NCBI GenBank assembly: GCA_023231475.1
Contig: JALJEE010002490.1
Span: 1-42,432, forward strand
Source: Seison nebaliae
Taxonomy: Eukaryota
Length of the DNA stretch: 42,432 nt
Direction: 5' to 3'
Notes under the pieces: model-generated
Seen by the model: only the letters and a program-made list of their open reading frames with translations
Database searches by the model: none
What the model was told of the DNA's origin: nothing
Made by a program: the position numbers and the translations under genes
Part shown: positions 11,519 through 30,517 of the stretch, in pieces
Position numbering within the stretch: the first letter of the stretch is position 1
Layout of the letters: the number at the start of each line of letters is the position of its first letter

Positions 11519-13270
11519 ATGAATTTGTCGTTAATTCATTGGAGGAATTTTGTCACCTTAATTTTGATAATTCTCATCAATTCCCATAAGAATGAAGCGA
11601 ACGACTGTAACAAAATGTTCATAGGATCATCTTTCGTCTGTAAATGTACAATTGATTTTTGTGACTCACTTCCCATCCTCCATCGTTTGAATGAAACAAT
11701 TTTTGGATTTACATCTGATAAAGAATCATTGCGATTCAATCATATCAATTTTACTTTTACCAAATCATTTATTCATGAACATCAGGAAAGAGTTTCCATC
11801 AACATTAAGAAGAAAAAGCAGAAAATCATTGGCTTCGGTGGCGCATTGACTGATGCGAGTTTATTGAATTTAGGAATAAATAAATTTCAAATTATCAATT
11901 CTTTCTATTCTCCAAATGGAAGTGAATATAATTTGTTACGTCTGCCAATAGGCGGTACCGATTTCTCAACGGAACCATATACTTATAATGATGTGGAATT
12001 TGAAGATTTTAATTTAACTCAATTCAAATTAAAATTGGAAGATATCGAACTAAAAGTTTATTTTTTTTATTCCATTTAAATCTACCATTATTCATAAGAT
12101 ACCTATCATTCAATTAATTAAAGAAATTCAAACGGATTTGAAAATTATTGGGAGTAGTTGGTCTGCTCCTGAATGGATGAAGACAAATCGACAATTTCGA
12201 GGGAAAGGTCAATTGAAAGGAGATCCGTTAATCCAATCACAATATTATTCCACTTGGGCTGATTATTATTTGAAGTTGAATTTATTTAATTATTTTATAC
12301 ATTTTTATTGATATTTGAAGATTTGTCAATTCTTATAAAAATTTCAATATTTCTATTTGGGCTTTAACTGCTCAAAATGAACCGACTGATGGTGAAATTA
12401 AAGGATTCTTATTCAATTCGTTAGGATTTACAGTAGAACAACAACGTGATTTCCTCCATTATCATTTATTGCCAAAACTATTAAATAATGGAGAAGAAAA
12501 GATGAAAATTTTCATTTTAGATGATAATCGTTTAATGTTACCACAATGGAGTAAAATCATTCTACAAAACCAATTTCTTTATAACCATATTTATGGTATA
12601 GCAATTCATTGGTATTTAGACGATTTCGTATCACCATCAGTACTCACTCTCACACACAATCTATTTCCAAATCATCAACTGTTGGCGACGGAGGCATGTG
12701 TCGGTTTCACTCATTTCCCCAAATCCGTCATACTCGGTGATTGGTATGGAGCGGAAAATTATGCTTCGAAAATTATTGACGATCTAAACAATTGGGTGAC
12801 AGGTTGGATTGATTGGAATTTGATTTTAAATCAGAATGGTGGACCGAATTGGGCGAACAATTTCGTTGACGCTCCTCTCATTTCAATGAACAACGGAACA
12901 TTTTACAAACAACCTCTCTATTATGTTATTAGTCATTTTAGGTTATTATTATTCTCAATTATTGTTGCAAATGATTTTTTAATTAAAATATTTTAAAGTA
13001 AATTTATTCGTCCACAATCATACAATGTTGAAGTAGTTCATTCAATTGAAGATTTTAAAGTAGTCGCATTTATTTACGGGAATGAATTGTCAATTCTAAT
13101 TCTCAATAAGTTTATTCAATTTTTATTGAAACATTATTTAATTAATCTTCATTCAAATTTTTTTCAGATTTTCACAGAAAAGAAATATCCATTTCGATAT
13201 TAACGATGATAAATCGTTCGACATTATCGTTACTGCCAATTCAATAACTTCCTTACGTCTTGGAATATAA
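11519..13270 (+). CDS. GBA1: Lysosomal glucosylceramidase (GH30)
   Basis: Signal peptide, VCKCTIDFCD, QKIIGFGGALTDA, RLPIGGTDFS, catalytic TAQNEP and ATEACVG, GWIDWNL, GGPNWANNFVDAP. Introns 12056-12098, 12275-12320, 12942-12998, 13110-13167. Confidence 0.93.
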
Positions 13271-13399
13271 TTTCCGAATCAACAAATTATTTCTAGTGAA
13301 GTGATTTCTATAGAATTTGTACAATTTTTCAATATTTTCTTATTTGACGAATTTTGGATGACTAAAATTAATTAAAAGAAAAATTATATTTTATTACAC

Positions 13400-14698
13400 T
13401 TATCTAATATCTATTGAAAATTTATCGACAAGTTTCTTTTCGATTCGATAATGCATTTCATTCACTTCTTTTTGTGTTAATGATCGTTCCATATTTCTAT
13501 AGACAATACGATAACATAAACTTCGTTTTCCCGTTTTTGAATGAGTGAATTTGTCCATTAGTTGAATTCTTTCGATATTCTCATTTCCAATTGAGAGGAC
13601 GATATCGTAGAAATCTTTCTCGTCAAATAATTTCTCGTCATTAATCCAAAAGGAAATGTCATTCGGACATGGTGGATAGATACTTATTGGTTTATATTGG
13701 ACATCTTCTTCTGAATCATCGAAATAGAATTGAGAAAGAAATCCTTCATCCGTCGTCCAGAATAATCGGATATCTGGAATATTATAGAGGAACATGGCCA
13801 ATCGTTCCAATCCAATTCCGAAAGCCCATCCAATTTTATTTTGATGTGGTAAACTTTGTTCGATGATTCCTTTCCTCATTATTCCACATCCCAACAATTC
13901 TATCCAATCCTTTTTCGATTCATCAGAAAACATCACTTCCAATTCCCAACTAGGATCAGTAAACGGGAAATATGCATCGACCCATTTCCCTTCAATTCGA
14001 TTTCTATAATTTTTAAATTATGAAAAATTTTTAAAAAAAAAATTCGACTTTTTTGAAACTTTATTCGATTTACCATTTTCGAAAAGATATTTCACTAAAT
14101 TCAAAAGAAGATTCTTCATATCTTCTTCCAACATTTTCTCGTTTATCGTCTCATTCTGATCGATGACATGAACTGCTTCCAATTGATGAAATATCGGAAA
14201 ATGAGTTCCGTCTACATGATCTCGACGATAAACGTCTCCGAATAAACAGAAAGAATTGAACTTCTTCAATGTCTGGACTTGATGGGCGGAGGTGTGTGAA
14301 CGAAGTACTTCGTTTTCATTCAAATAAAATTGTTCTGATGGTGAACGACTTCCATGAGATTTTGGAACTAATAACGAATCGAAATTCTCTTCACAACTCA
14401 CAATTGGATTATTGAGTGAAATTAATTTAAATTCTTTTCTATCTTTTGAATCGATTATTATCGAAATGAAGGAATGAATAAAGGAACTTTGTTTGAAATA
14501 ATTCTCAATTCGTCGTCTCAAATGCCAAAGAGGATGATATTTTTGATGGAGTAGTTTCTTGTCTGTCAATTTGAGTACTCGATCAGGAATATTATAAATT
14601 TTCTTGTTTTTCTTCTCTAAAATTTGAGAGAGAATTGTTGGAGTTGTCAGACGATGACACTCTTTCGACGAATGAAACAAAAGAGAAATTAATTTCAT
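13400..14698 (-). CDS. FARS2: Mitochondrial phenylalanyl-tRNA synthetase
   Basis: LRSHTSAHQ, GDVYRRDHVDGTHFPIFHQLE, WVDAYFPFTDPSWELEV, GWAFGIGLERLAM and C-terminal anticodon-binding domain. Introns 14443-14487 (in-frame, inferred) and 14004-14048 (alternative 13990-14073). Confidence 0.93.
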
Positions 14699-14732
14699 CT
14701 ATTCTTGTTAAGAAAGAGAAAGAAAAGAAATT
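14699..14732 (-). promoter_or_regulatory. Putative intercistronic or trans-splice acceptor: pyrimidine tract, then AG directly before the FARS2 ATG
   Basis: Minus strand reads CAA TAA AATTTCTTTTCTTTCTCTTTCTTAACAAGAATAG ATG. The TACO1 stop overlaps AATAAA. Confidence 0.45.
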
Positions 14733-15761
14733 TTATTGTAAATTATTATTCACTTCAATCACATCAGATAAATCCTCTAATTTCTCAATGATACTCTCCA
14801 CAACTCTCAATCGATTATCCAAATCATCCTCATAGATCAATGTGGCTTCTTTCACTACTTTCCTTCTCAAACCACTGTTGATGATATCGAACGATTTGTT
14901 TCTCAACGTTTCTTCAATTTGTGATAATTTATGTACATGACAAATAAACTGGAAAAAAATATAATAAATAGACAATTTAAAGAAAATTTGAAAAAAAATT
15001 TTTAAACTGTCAAAAATTTTTCATCTTTTCCTTCTATCGTCACATCATCGGCTTCCATGTCGATCGCTCGATCAGTAGCGACATTTATAATTTCTTCTTC
15101 ATTTTTCAAATTCAAATTTTCTTCTTTACAAAATTCTTCCAATTTGATTACTACCGAATATTCATCATGGAACCATCGTTGAACATTATTCATTGTCATT
15201 TTTGGACTAAACATTTTCAAAATCTCAAAATGATAATTTAGGATGAACAAAATGAACCTTGCATTTTTATCTTTTATCTTCCTCAATATCGCCATGATGT
15301 TACCTTTAGTAATTTTTGAATTAACACCAGAACAAGTTAACAATAATCCCAAATCACCATAGAGAATACATTCCATGAAATAATTCTTATTTCCTGCTTT
15401 CTTTCAAGAAATTTCAGGAGAAAATTTAATGGAAACAATTCCATAAAAAAACCATCTTTTCCAATATCCTAGTGATCGTTGCAGCAGGCATATTCATCCT
15501 CTTACATTCATTCACAACTGATGCCAATTGTTTATTGACTTTCATATCAGTCGATTGTCCATTATCTTACATAATATCATAATAATGTGAAGAGAATAAA
15601 AGATGGAAACTGATCGATTGAATTAATCTCGTTCGTAATTGGGAGAAGATTTTTGATCGTGCCAAATCGTTCGATTCTTTCACATTCTTAATATTCTGCC
15701 AATGTGCATGACCTTTATATCGATGAATTATTTTCAATATATTCCATCGATAACATAACAT
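14733..15761 (-). CDS. TACO1: Translational activator of cytochrome c oxidase 1 (YebC/PmpR family)
   Basis: KGHAHWQNIKNVKESND..RSKIFS, NKQLASVVNECKRMNMP, end LEDLSDVIEVNNNL. Introns 15566-15610, 15401-15452, 15207-15257 (in-frame, inferred), 14949-15007. Confidence 0.85.
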
Positions 15762-15762
15762 T

Positions 15763-15807
15763 ATGAGAATTCAAATGAGAATTCAAATGAGAATTCAAAT
15801 GAGAATT
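15763..15807 (+). repeat. 12-bp tandem repeat (ATGAGAATTCAA) x3.7 immediately upstream of the TACO1 ATG
   Basis: Seen directly. Confidence 0.85.
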
Positions 15808-15890
15808 TTTTGAAAAAAAAAATTATTGCTACAATAAATAACGCTTTTATTCGAAATAAAATTTATTTAAAATTAAAAAAAAGTTTGAAA

Positions 15891-18041
15891 TTAATTGTTC
15901 GTTCCTTTACCTAATTCGATCGCTTCCATGATTGATAGTGGTTGCCATATCGAATCGCGATAAGTGATGATATTTCCTCTTTCGAATCGAATGAAAATAT
16001 CACCCAAAACATAAACCGATTTATCTAAAAACAAAATATGAAGAGAATTGGAAGAAATGAATCGAAACTTTCTATCAATTTATTCGATGAAAGAAGAAGT
16101 ATATTATGTTCTGTCGCTTTCGCTTGTAACACGTCTTTAATATCCATCGAACTATTCGAATGGAAATTTACCATCTTTGTTTGAATCAAATCGATATTCA
16201 ACTTGGACGATTTCATTCGTTTCTTATTTGAATAACAAGTGATCTGATTCTTCGTCATCTTCTCCTTCATCATTTGAAGAGCTAAATTGAAATTGTGTTG
16301 AATGTCTACCTCATTAAGAATAGATGATGGAATTCCATTTTTCCATTCTTTATACCATTTCCCCACCAGATAATTGCTACAATTCTCATTAGATAACCAT
16401 TCGTATAAGAAGTGGAGCCATTTGGGAAAGAAATTCTCATTGAACATTTGAGCGAGGAAATTGGATGGAATTAAATTCGACCATTCCATCAAAATATTCC
16501 ATTTTTGTAATTCCTGATGGTTTTTCGATAGATCGATCTCTTTCAAATTTATCGATAATTTTGGAATAATATTTCTCAAAATGAATGTTTCCCAATCACT
16601 CGATTTCCATTCCTCCTTCCATGGTAATAACATTTCGATGATTTGATGATTTGTCGACGGTTGACAATCCCAATCGGAATCGATGAAAATATTTGAAAAT
16701 TTCCGTTGAATTACAGAATATGTTTCTTCCAATTTATTATCATTATCATTTCGAAGAAACTTCTTCCAATTTAATGTCCATTGATGAACAGGTAATGAAT
16801 CGTTTGATGGATTCCAATCATTTTCGAGAAGATAATTAATTTTTGGAATAATTAAACTATCGAGACAATAATCATAAATAATTTCTGGAATTATCATCTT
16901 CCACAAAGTGAAGAATTTATGTAAATCTTTCGATTTTCCATTCCAATCAGTTGCGATGCCTTTTCGCACATGAGGCAACCAAGTCTCCCAAATGAATTGA
17001 ATATAATTTGTAATTCCATTCATGGAATGGACAGATGGACCGAGAATTCTTTCACAATCTAAAAATCGATCGATATTATTTTCTGGATATTTCAAAATAT
17101 TCCAATTTATCATCTCTTCATTCTCATTCATCATCTCGATCATTAATGATAAGGGAAGATGATTAAGATCATAAACGGATAATTCAGTTTCGAATATCTC
17201 CAAAAGAATTCCAATTTCTTCTAATTTCTTATCGAAATTTTTCTCTTTATAAATCTTATCGATCAAATCGAAGAAATTATTCACATTTTCTAATTGTTTG
17301 TCCAATGATAATTGTTCATCATTCAAATTATTCAATTGATGTCGAATATTCTCTCGATTTTGTTCGTCGATTTGTTTATTTCGATTAATGTCCAAAATCT
17401 CCTTCTCCAATTCCTTTATACTTTTATTTAAATTAATACGCAATTCTTTCACATCGAAATGATGATATTTCTCTTCATCGTCTTCCGATTTCGTCATTTC
17501 ATTTTTCAAATCGAATAATTCAAATGATTCTTTCCCTCTCATATCGATGATCTTCTCGTTCTTCTTTCGAGAACCGTTCGATAAATTCATCAATAAATTC
17601 CTTTCGATTTCATCTTCCTCACCCATCTCATCATCGATAATCATTTTTAATCGATTCTCTTTCTTTCTTAATCGTTTCCTCTTAAATTGAATCTCTTCAC
17701 TATCATCAAATTCCACCACATTATTGAAATTGATCAATTCATTGACTGTTCGAATTTTTTGTCTTTTTTCTCTTCGAATTTGTTTCTTCTGTTTAAATAA
17801 ATAAATGAGAAATATTTAAAAATAATCAACTAACATTCTCTTCGTCACTTACTTCTTTTTCTGAACGATCATCATTTCGTTTATTCACCTTGTCTCTCTC
17901 GTCGCCATATAGACCGAGAGCTCCTTTTCCTTGTCTAGGCTTCGCTACGATCGGATCAGATCGTCCCTGCAAATTCTTCCCAATTCCTTTGCCTTGCACG
18001 TAACCCATCTGCTCCATCAACTTTTTTCCCAAATTACTCAT
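15891..18041 (-). CDS. TFIP11: Tuftelin-interacting protein 11 / Ntr1 (spliceosome disassembly factor)
   Basis: G-patch ([23 protein letters not shown]), coiled coil, GCFC domain (WLPHVR, IIPKL, FFPKWL, WYKEWK). Introns 17789-17834 and 16025-16068; stop at 15891-15893. Confidence 0.88.
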
Positions 18042-18833
18042 CTTTTTTCAGTTATCTATTTGATAATTCCGTTTTTTATTCGAATACTTTTCGTAAGTAT
18101 AAACTGAAAAACGGAATATTTTCTATTAATTCGAACACGCTCAATATTCAATTTTCACAATTTCATTTTCTTTTAAGAAGATTTTAATTTAAGAACTGAA
18201 TTTGAGAAATAAATAACTACAAATCGTTATTTCTACTTTATTTTATGGAATTTATTCTATTTGATTTAATTCTCTTCTATTATAGAATACAGTTAGAATA
18301 AAGTTAATTATAAATTCATTCTTTTATAATAATGAAACGAATAAGAATTTCGATGGATAATCATCGAATTATAGATTGAATTAATAAATCTATTTTATAA
18401 TAATTATAACTTTCCATTTATTCAAATATTAAAAAAAAAAGGAAATAAGAGAAATAGTTGATCGTTCAAATAAATTAGTTTCAAAGAATGTTTTATTGAA
18501 AAAGTACATTGGTAGATGAGAGGGATATGAGATGCGCTGAAAAGAAGCTAATCTATAAGTGCATCTATATCCGAGATGATAACATGAGGAAATTGAAAAA
18601 AAGAAAAACTTGATGATTGAAAAAAAACATGATGAGGAAAATTTAGAGAAGAAAAAAATGTTCAGTAGATTCGTATTATTTTCAAGTTTAATTCATTCAG
18701 TGAAAGAAACTGATTCGATGAATTGAATGAAACTCGTTTTGTCAAATGAAAATAAAATGTTCGTAAATCGTCGACACATTATTTGTTATGAGTAACTTTT
18801 AAAATGAAATTAACATTTGATGGTATGTACTAT

Positions 18834-25039
<6,206 letters not shown>

Positions 25040-26734
25040 ATTTATACCAAACGTAATTTCAGTAAGAAATCCGATTCATAAATCTAATGTTGACGAAAGT
25101 GTAAAAAGTAGTTAATGTAGAGGAAAGAGGAGTTGGGATAATATTCGATTGGAACAAGAATAACGAACGAAAATGGGAAAGTCGATCTAAGGCAGAAAAA
25201 GGAAAAACTTTCAAATATAAAGATTCGACTCTCACAGAAGTTATAGCTGAAAGGTACACAGAGAATGATGGCCAAATTATATTCTTTCATCGAGAAGCGA
25301 TGTAAGTGAGCAAATGTTAATTATTACGAAAGAGAGGTCGTAATTTCACATTTTGTTTTTTTATAAACGCATTCCCCGTTAGAAAATTAAATCTTTTCTT
25401 CCATTTGCACATACCATAATTGTAAGAATATAAATAGATAGATAGATAAATGCTAGATATTTATATGTATGTGCACACTCTATCATCTCGTCGATGGGAA
25501 CGATATACAACAATTCTTTATATGTTGTGCATAATACCGTGCAGAAGGAGATCATTCCACATACTATTCGTCTAATGATTAGGCGAAATTCGTACAAAAG
25601 TTTATGGCTCGACCTCTTCACATCATCTTTCCCAAATCATTCGTGTGTTATGATGAATGGTTTAATTTCCACGTCCTGCTTCTCTCACATTCTCCTTTCT
25701 CTCTTTCTCTCACTTTTTCGGGGTGTTCTCACCAGGAATCTTCATTATATTTCTGTTAGATCAACTAACAGTTATAGCGGCAGTGTTAAAGAGAAGTTGA
25801 GAAAGATTTCTGACAACTTTCATAACTCAGATAAAAATCTTCAATGGATAAAAAAGATGAGTAGCTAGATAGTTAATAAGTACTATCTTCTCTTCATTCC
25901 TATTTAGTCGACCTCTTCTCTTCTCTCCCCCTCTATTCTCTTAATTATTTATGAAATTTATTAGAGTTGAAAGAGAAATATTTCCACACCGCTCAAACTA
26001 AATTAAAGTTGCATATCTGTTCCGTTTTCTTTATGATTTTCCGTTCTCATTCTTACTCACACAAGTCCCGGGTGAAGGAAACTCTTCGTTCCATATGAGA
26101 AAACCTTTAAATTTCCAACTCTCTCACTTGGTGGCAAGAGAAGCCATTTCTAAAAACATCTACTTCCAAAATGCACATTAAAAGAGAAATGTTAGAAACG
26201 ATTATTATCATTATCATCTCTCCACACATTATCTCACGACCAATACTTTCGTCTGTATAAATTATGAGAATTTGTTATGATATAGAGAAGGTCGTCATCT
26301 CAGTACACGTTACTACGTAACAGTGATTATGAGAAGAGGAACAATCGGCAGCTTATTAGAATGAGAGAGTTCACAAAATTCATTTATCATTTGATTGATA
26401 GCTACAGTTCATCAGTGCACAGTTAATCATTATCATCCATTTCTCTACCAGTCATTTGACATGGAAACGCCGATCTTCCTTCAGGCTCTTAATGATCTTT
26501 TGAGCAGTCATTAACCGAACACGATGATGATTATTTAACTTACTTTCTCAATTCCATTCTTTCCTCTCTAAACACAATAATTGATGATCGCTTCAAAATT
26601 ATTTATTAATAAAAGTAAAATATAATCAAATAAATTATTTAATGTGAGACGTCTAAAGATGAATAGAGACCACGTAGATTTTTTTTTGATGAAAGATCCA
26701 AAATAAAAACGTTATTTTGTTAAGATAATATAAA

Positions 26735-26757
26735 TATATATATATATATATATATAT
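26735..26757 (+). repeat. (TA)n microsatellite
   Basis: About 11 TA units. Confidence 0.85.
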
Positions 26758-27177
26758 CCATAAGAAATGAAGGTGGAAAAGGAATAAAAGGTGATATCGA
26801 ATTTATTGAATTACATTTGGTAAAATTGACAATTTTCAGGTAAGAAAAAAATCCAATTTGATTTTTCGAAAAAAATTTTTTTCTTTCATAAAACTTTCCC
26901 AAATCCAGATCATGGAAATTCTTTATCAATTGTTTCCATTTGACGTATGATATTTAATGGGTTGGATGGTATTCTGGAAAGATGTGTCACGTGTTTGTTC
27001 AAATTTCTGATAAATATTCTCGCCCAAATTATTCAAACGAATTTAGTTTCTTTTTATTTTCAGGAAGATTTCCACAATATCGATATTTGTGAATGTAATA
27101 TGAATTAGTATGAATGAATATGATTGGAGTGAATAAATAAAATCATAAATTTTATACAACAGAATTTCATTTTCTCA

Positions 27178-27353
27178 TTAAATTGAAGAATTGAAACACG
27201 TTTCATCTAAACGACAATCAGACGATCCGACAATTACTGGCCGTTTTCCTAAATCATTCATTTCATTCGATAAACGATGAACATCTTTCCGTCGCTTTAA
27301 TGGAGCTTCACTCTCATCAACATCATAAGGAATATTATAATTATAATTATTAA

Positions 27354-27387
<34 letters not shown>

Positions 27388-28967
27388 ATTATTATTATTA
27401 TTATTAATATTATTATTATTATTATTGTTGTTGTGTTTATTATTATTTGAATTTGTTGAATAGATGATATGAGGATTATTTAGAGTAGAGAAATTGGTTG
27501 TCTCAATTAAATTCTTTAAGATTGTTGGAAGTTTATGATTATGAGTTGTATTATTTGAATTTAACATCGATAAAATTTGTTCATCTTTCTCATCATTATG
27601 TCCGATATCGTTCAAATTTTTCTTATTCTCTCCTTCTTTCAAAAGATAATCGGTTGTATATTGAATGGTTTTAGGAAAGAATGATGATGATTTCTCACAT
27701 TCTTTATTATTAACGTTTGGAGAAATTCGGATACTAGAACGTTTCCGATTCGCGTTGCTCATATTCGTATAAGATAAATCATCAAATTTCTGATCGATCG
27801 TCAACAGATCGGGCTTGAAGAGACGGAAGGTGTTCATTGTCGGTATTCGTTTCATTCGTTCCACATTTGGATGGAGAGATGACAATGGAGTGAACAAAGA
27901 TCCACGTCTCATTGATGTTTCTGGTTTGATATTACCCATTTGGAAATCATTCAATTGTGCGAGATATTTCAATGCTGGATGTCCCAGACGACCTTTCAAT
28001 TCATTTGATATACTTATCGTTGGAATATCATCTAATAATGGAAATAATTGTAATTAAATTTATTCAATATTATTTTAACCTTTATCATTTTTCCCATTTT
28101 CCAGATTTGATGGAAATTGTGATGAATTCGTTATACCATTTACATTTGTATTAAATTGTCGATTTGATTTGGTTGTTTCGATTCGATTGTCTAACTTGTG
28201 ATTTGGACATATATTCCAATTGGGATTGATGGTAGTCTGATTTTGTTGTATTGGCGAATGAAGAATATTATCAATGAAATTTTTGATATTTGCTGTTTGT
28301 TTCTCGTCGATGACTGGTAAGAATTCTTCTTTTATACTTTCATCAATTTTGGGAATATGATTTGGTTGAATTGTTCCTCCTTCCAATGAATGATCCGTCT
28401 CCTTAAATTGATCGAATTGTGATGGTTGTTGGACATTTTGATTGTTCTGAAATTGAGGAAGTTGATGGGCTGGTATCAATGGCATTTGCTCACTAATAGA
28501 AAGACGATTATTACTTTGATAATTTGAGACATCATTACCCGAATGATTCGGATCTTTGAAATTAATTATGGGAATATTTTTATAAATATAATTCAAAAAT
28601 TCATCTGGATCATTCATAGTCGTTGAAGATAATTCATTGTGACAATTCTCCAATTGATTAACTTGTTTTTGTTGTTGTTGTTGTTGTTGTTGTTGATGAA
28701 TTTGTAAAGCTTCTAAACGATTTCGTTGTTCGTCGATGAGATGAGGCAAATTGAATTTTAAAAATTTTCGTTCGTTATGACCATTTTTTAGTTGATTATC
28801 ATTATTACATTCGTTAAAAGATTGATTAGGAATAAATTTGTCATTTGTCATTTCTTTTTTAAATTTATGATTTTGTTGAAATTGATTTCTTTCATGATGA
28901 TTACATTGTAAATGAATCGGATCTATATTTCCACTTTTTTTCATCGATGACGGATTAATTTGTGATG

Positions 28968-29000
<33 letters not shown>

Positions 29001-30517
29001 GGAGATGTTGAATTTGTTGTTGTCGATGTGAAGCGGAGAAAGAAGAAATATTTGAACATAATTTCATTTGTTTGAGACTTCGAATGATATGATTTCGAAT
29101 AAATCGATATTTTTGATTTAGAATAATGGAATAAATTGCATAATAATCATCAAATAAATTTGAATTAATACTCTTCAATACTTTATATTTGACACCCTCC
29201 AATAGACTACTATTCTTCTCATAATTACTTTTTGTAATAATTCCTTCTATCGTCTTCTCAAACGCCTCCTCTGCCAATAATCGTTCACATTCTCCATTTC
29301 TAAGAACGCCACCAGTAAAAACACGTGCCGCTTGATCATTCAATAACATTCCCATATTTCCATTCGATTTCAAATAAGAGAAGAACATAGGAGAACAATT
29401 CATACGGAACCAATCATGTGAAGCGATTTGTTTTAATGAGAGTCTCTCATTCGGATCCACTTTCAATAATGATGAGATTAATTCTTTCAAATTATTCGAC
29501 AATCTCTTCGGCATATTATATACACCTGAACATACTTTATCTTTCAATTTGGGTAGATCGTCCGCATAAAATGGGAGACATCCACTCACCATATAATACA
29601 ATACGATGGCCGACGACCACACATCCACATATTCAGGTTGATAAGCATTTCCGCGAAATAATTCCGGTGCCGCATATGGTGGAGATCCACACCACGTCTT
29701 CAATAAAACATTATTTGTATTCGCTTCAATAAATGAGAAAATTATTAAGAATAAAATATTGAATAAAACCTTCAGCTTTATATGTTCGTGCAAAGCCGAA
29801 ATCGGCCAATTTTGGCGTCATATTCTCATCGAATAAAATATTCTCCGCTTTCAAATCCCGATGAGTAATTCCCAAACGATGACAATGAATGAGTGCACTC
29901 ACAATTTGCAAATAGATATCAGCCGCGATATTCTCCGACATCGCTCCTTTTGAACTAATATAATCTAATAAATAGTAATGAAAAAAATGTTAAATTTTAA
30001 TATGGAAATTCAATTTTAAACCATAAAGATCTCCATTTGTTGCATATTCAGTTATAATATATACATGATTGCGTGATTCCATCACTTGATGCAATGTAAT
30101 GATACATGGATGTGACTGCACTTTCTGCAAACTGAAAACAAATAAAATTGAATATTTAGAGAATGGAAAAATGAACGTTAAAATTTCCGTTTTTAAACGA
30201 TCGTGTCCTTCTTTTTTCAACACTTCTTTGTCGATGATCTTCACCGCCACTTTCTGATTGATGAGGGAATGCATTGCCAATTTCACCGTGGCAAATGTAC
30301 CACACCCAATCGATTTGACTAATTGATACACTCCAATTTTATTATCTTTCTTCCTCTCCATATTGGGGACGGTCGTTGACAGATTTCTATTAGTATGCAT
30401 TTCTGTCATTTGATTGTTCCCATTTTCCTTCCATTCCTTCCTTTCCACCTTCCCCGTAATATCTCTACATATTTCACGTACGCTTTCATTATAATTCAAC
30501 TGACAATGTACATTCAT
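27178..30517 (-). CDS. AMPK-related Ser/Thr kinase, salt-inducible kinase (SIK)-like, with poly-Q/poly-N tail
   Basis: IGCGTFATVKLA, VAVKIIDK, HRDLKAENIL, DFG and the SIK-type activation loop LKTWCGSPPYAAPELF. Introns 30132-30176, 29965-30021, 29724-29769, 28032-28079. Confidence 0.82.

Noticed and set aside
13990..14073. GTAAAT..GAAG 84-nt intron in FARS2 as an exception to the GTY rule
   Set aside because: It is frame-compatible, but the 45-nt GTC..TAG intron (14004-14048) fits the local length mode better. Not excluded without RNA-seq.
14699..14753. In-frame TACO1-FARS2 fusion via a GTGAAT..ATAG 55-nt intron
   Set aside because: It would delete the conserved TACO1 end (EVNNNL) and needs a GTG donor seen nowhere else here.
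25059..26929. Short ORFs upstream of collagen, and similar ones at 6259, 9354, 31017 and 32090
   Set aside because: Low-complexity F/I/L/Y-rich translations of AT-rich non-coding DNA with no motifs; some have non-ATG starts.
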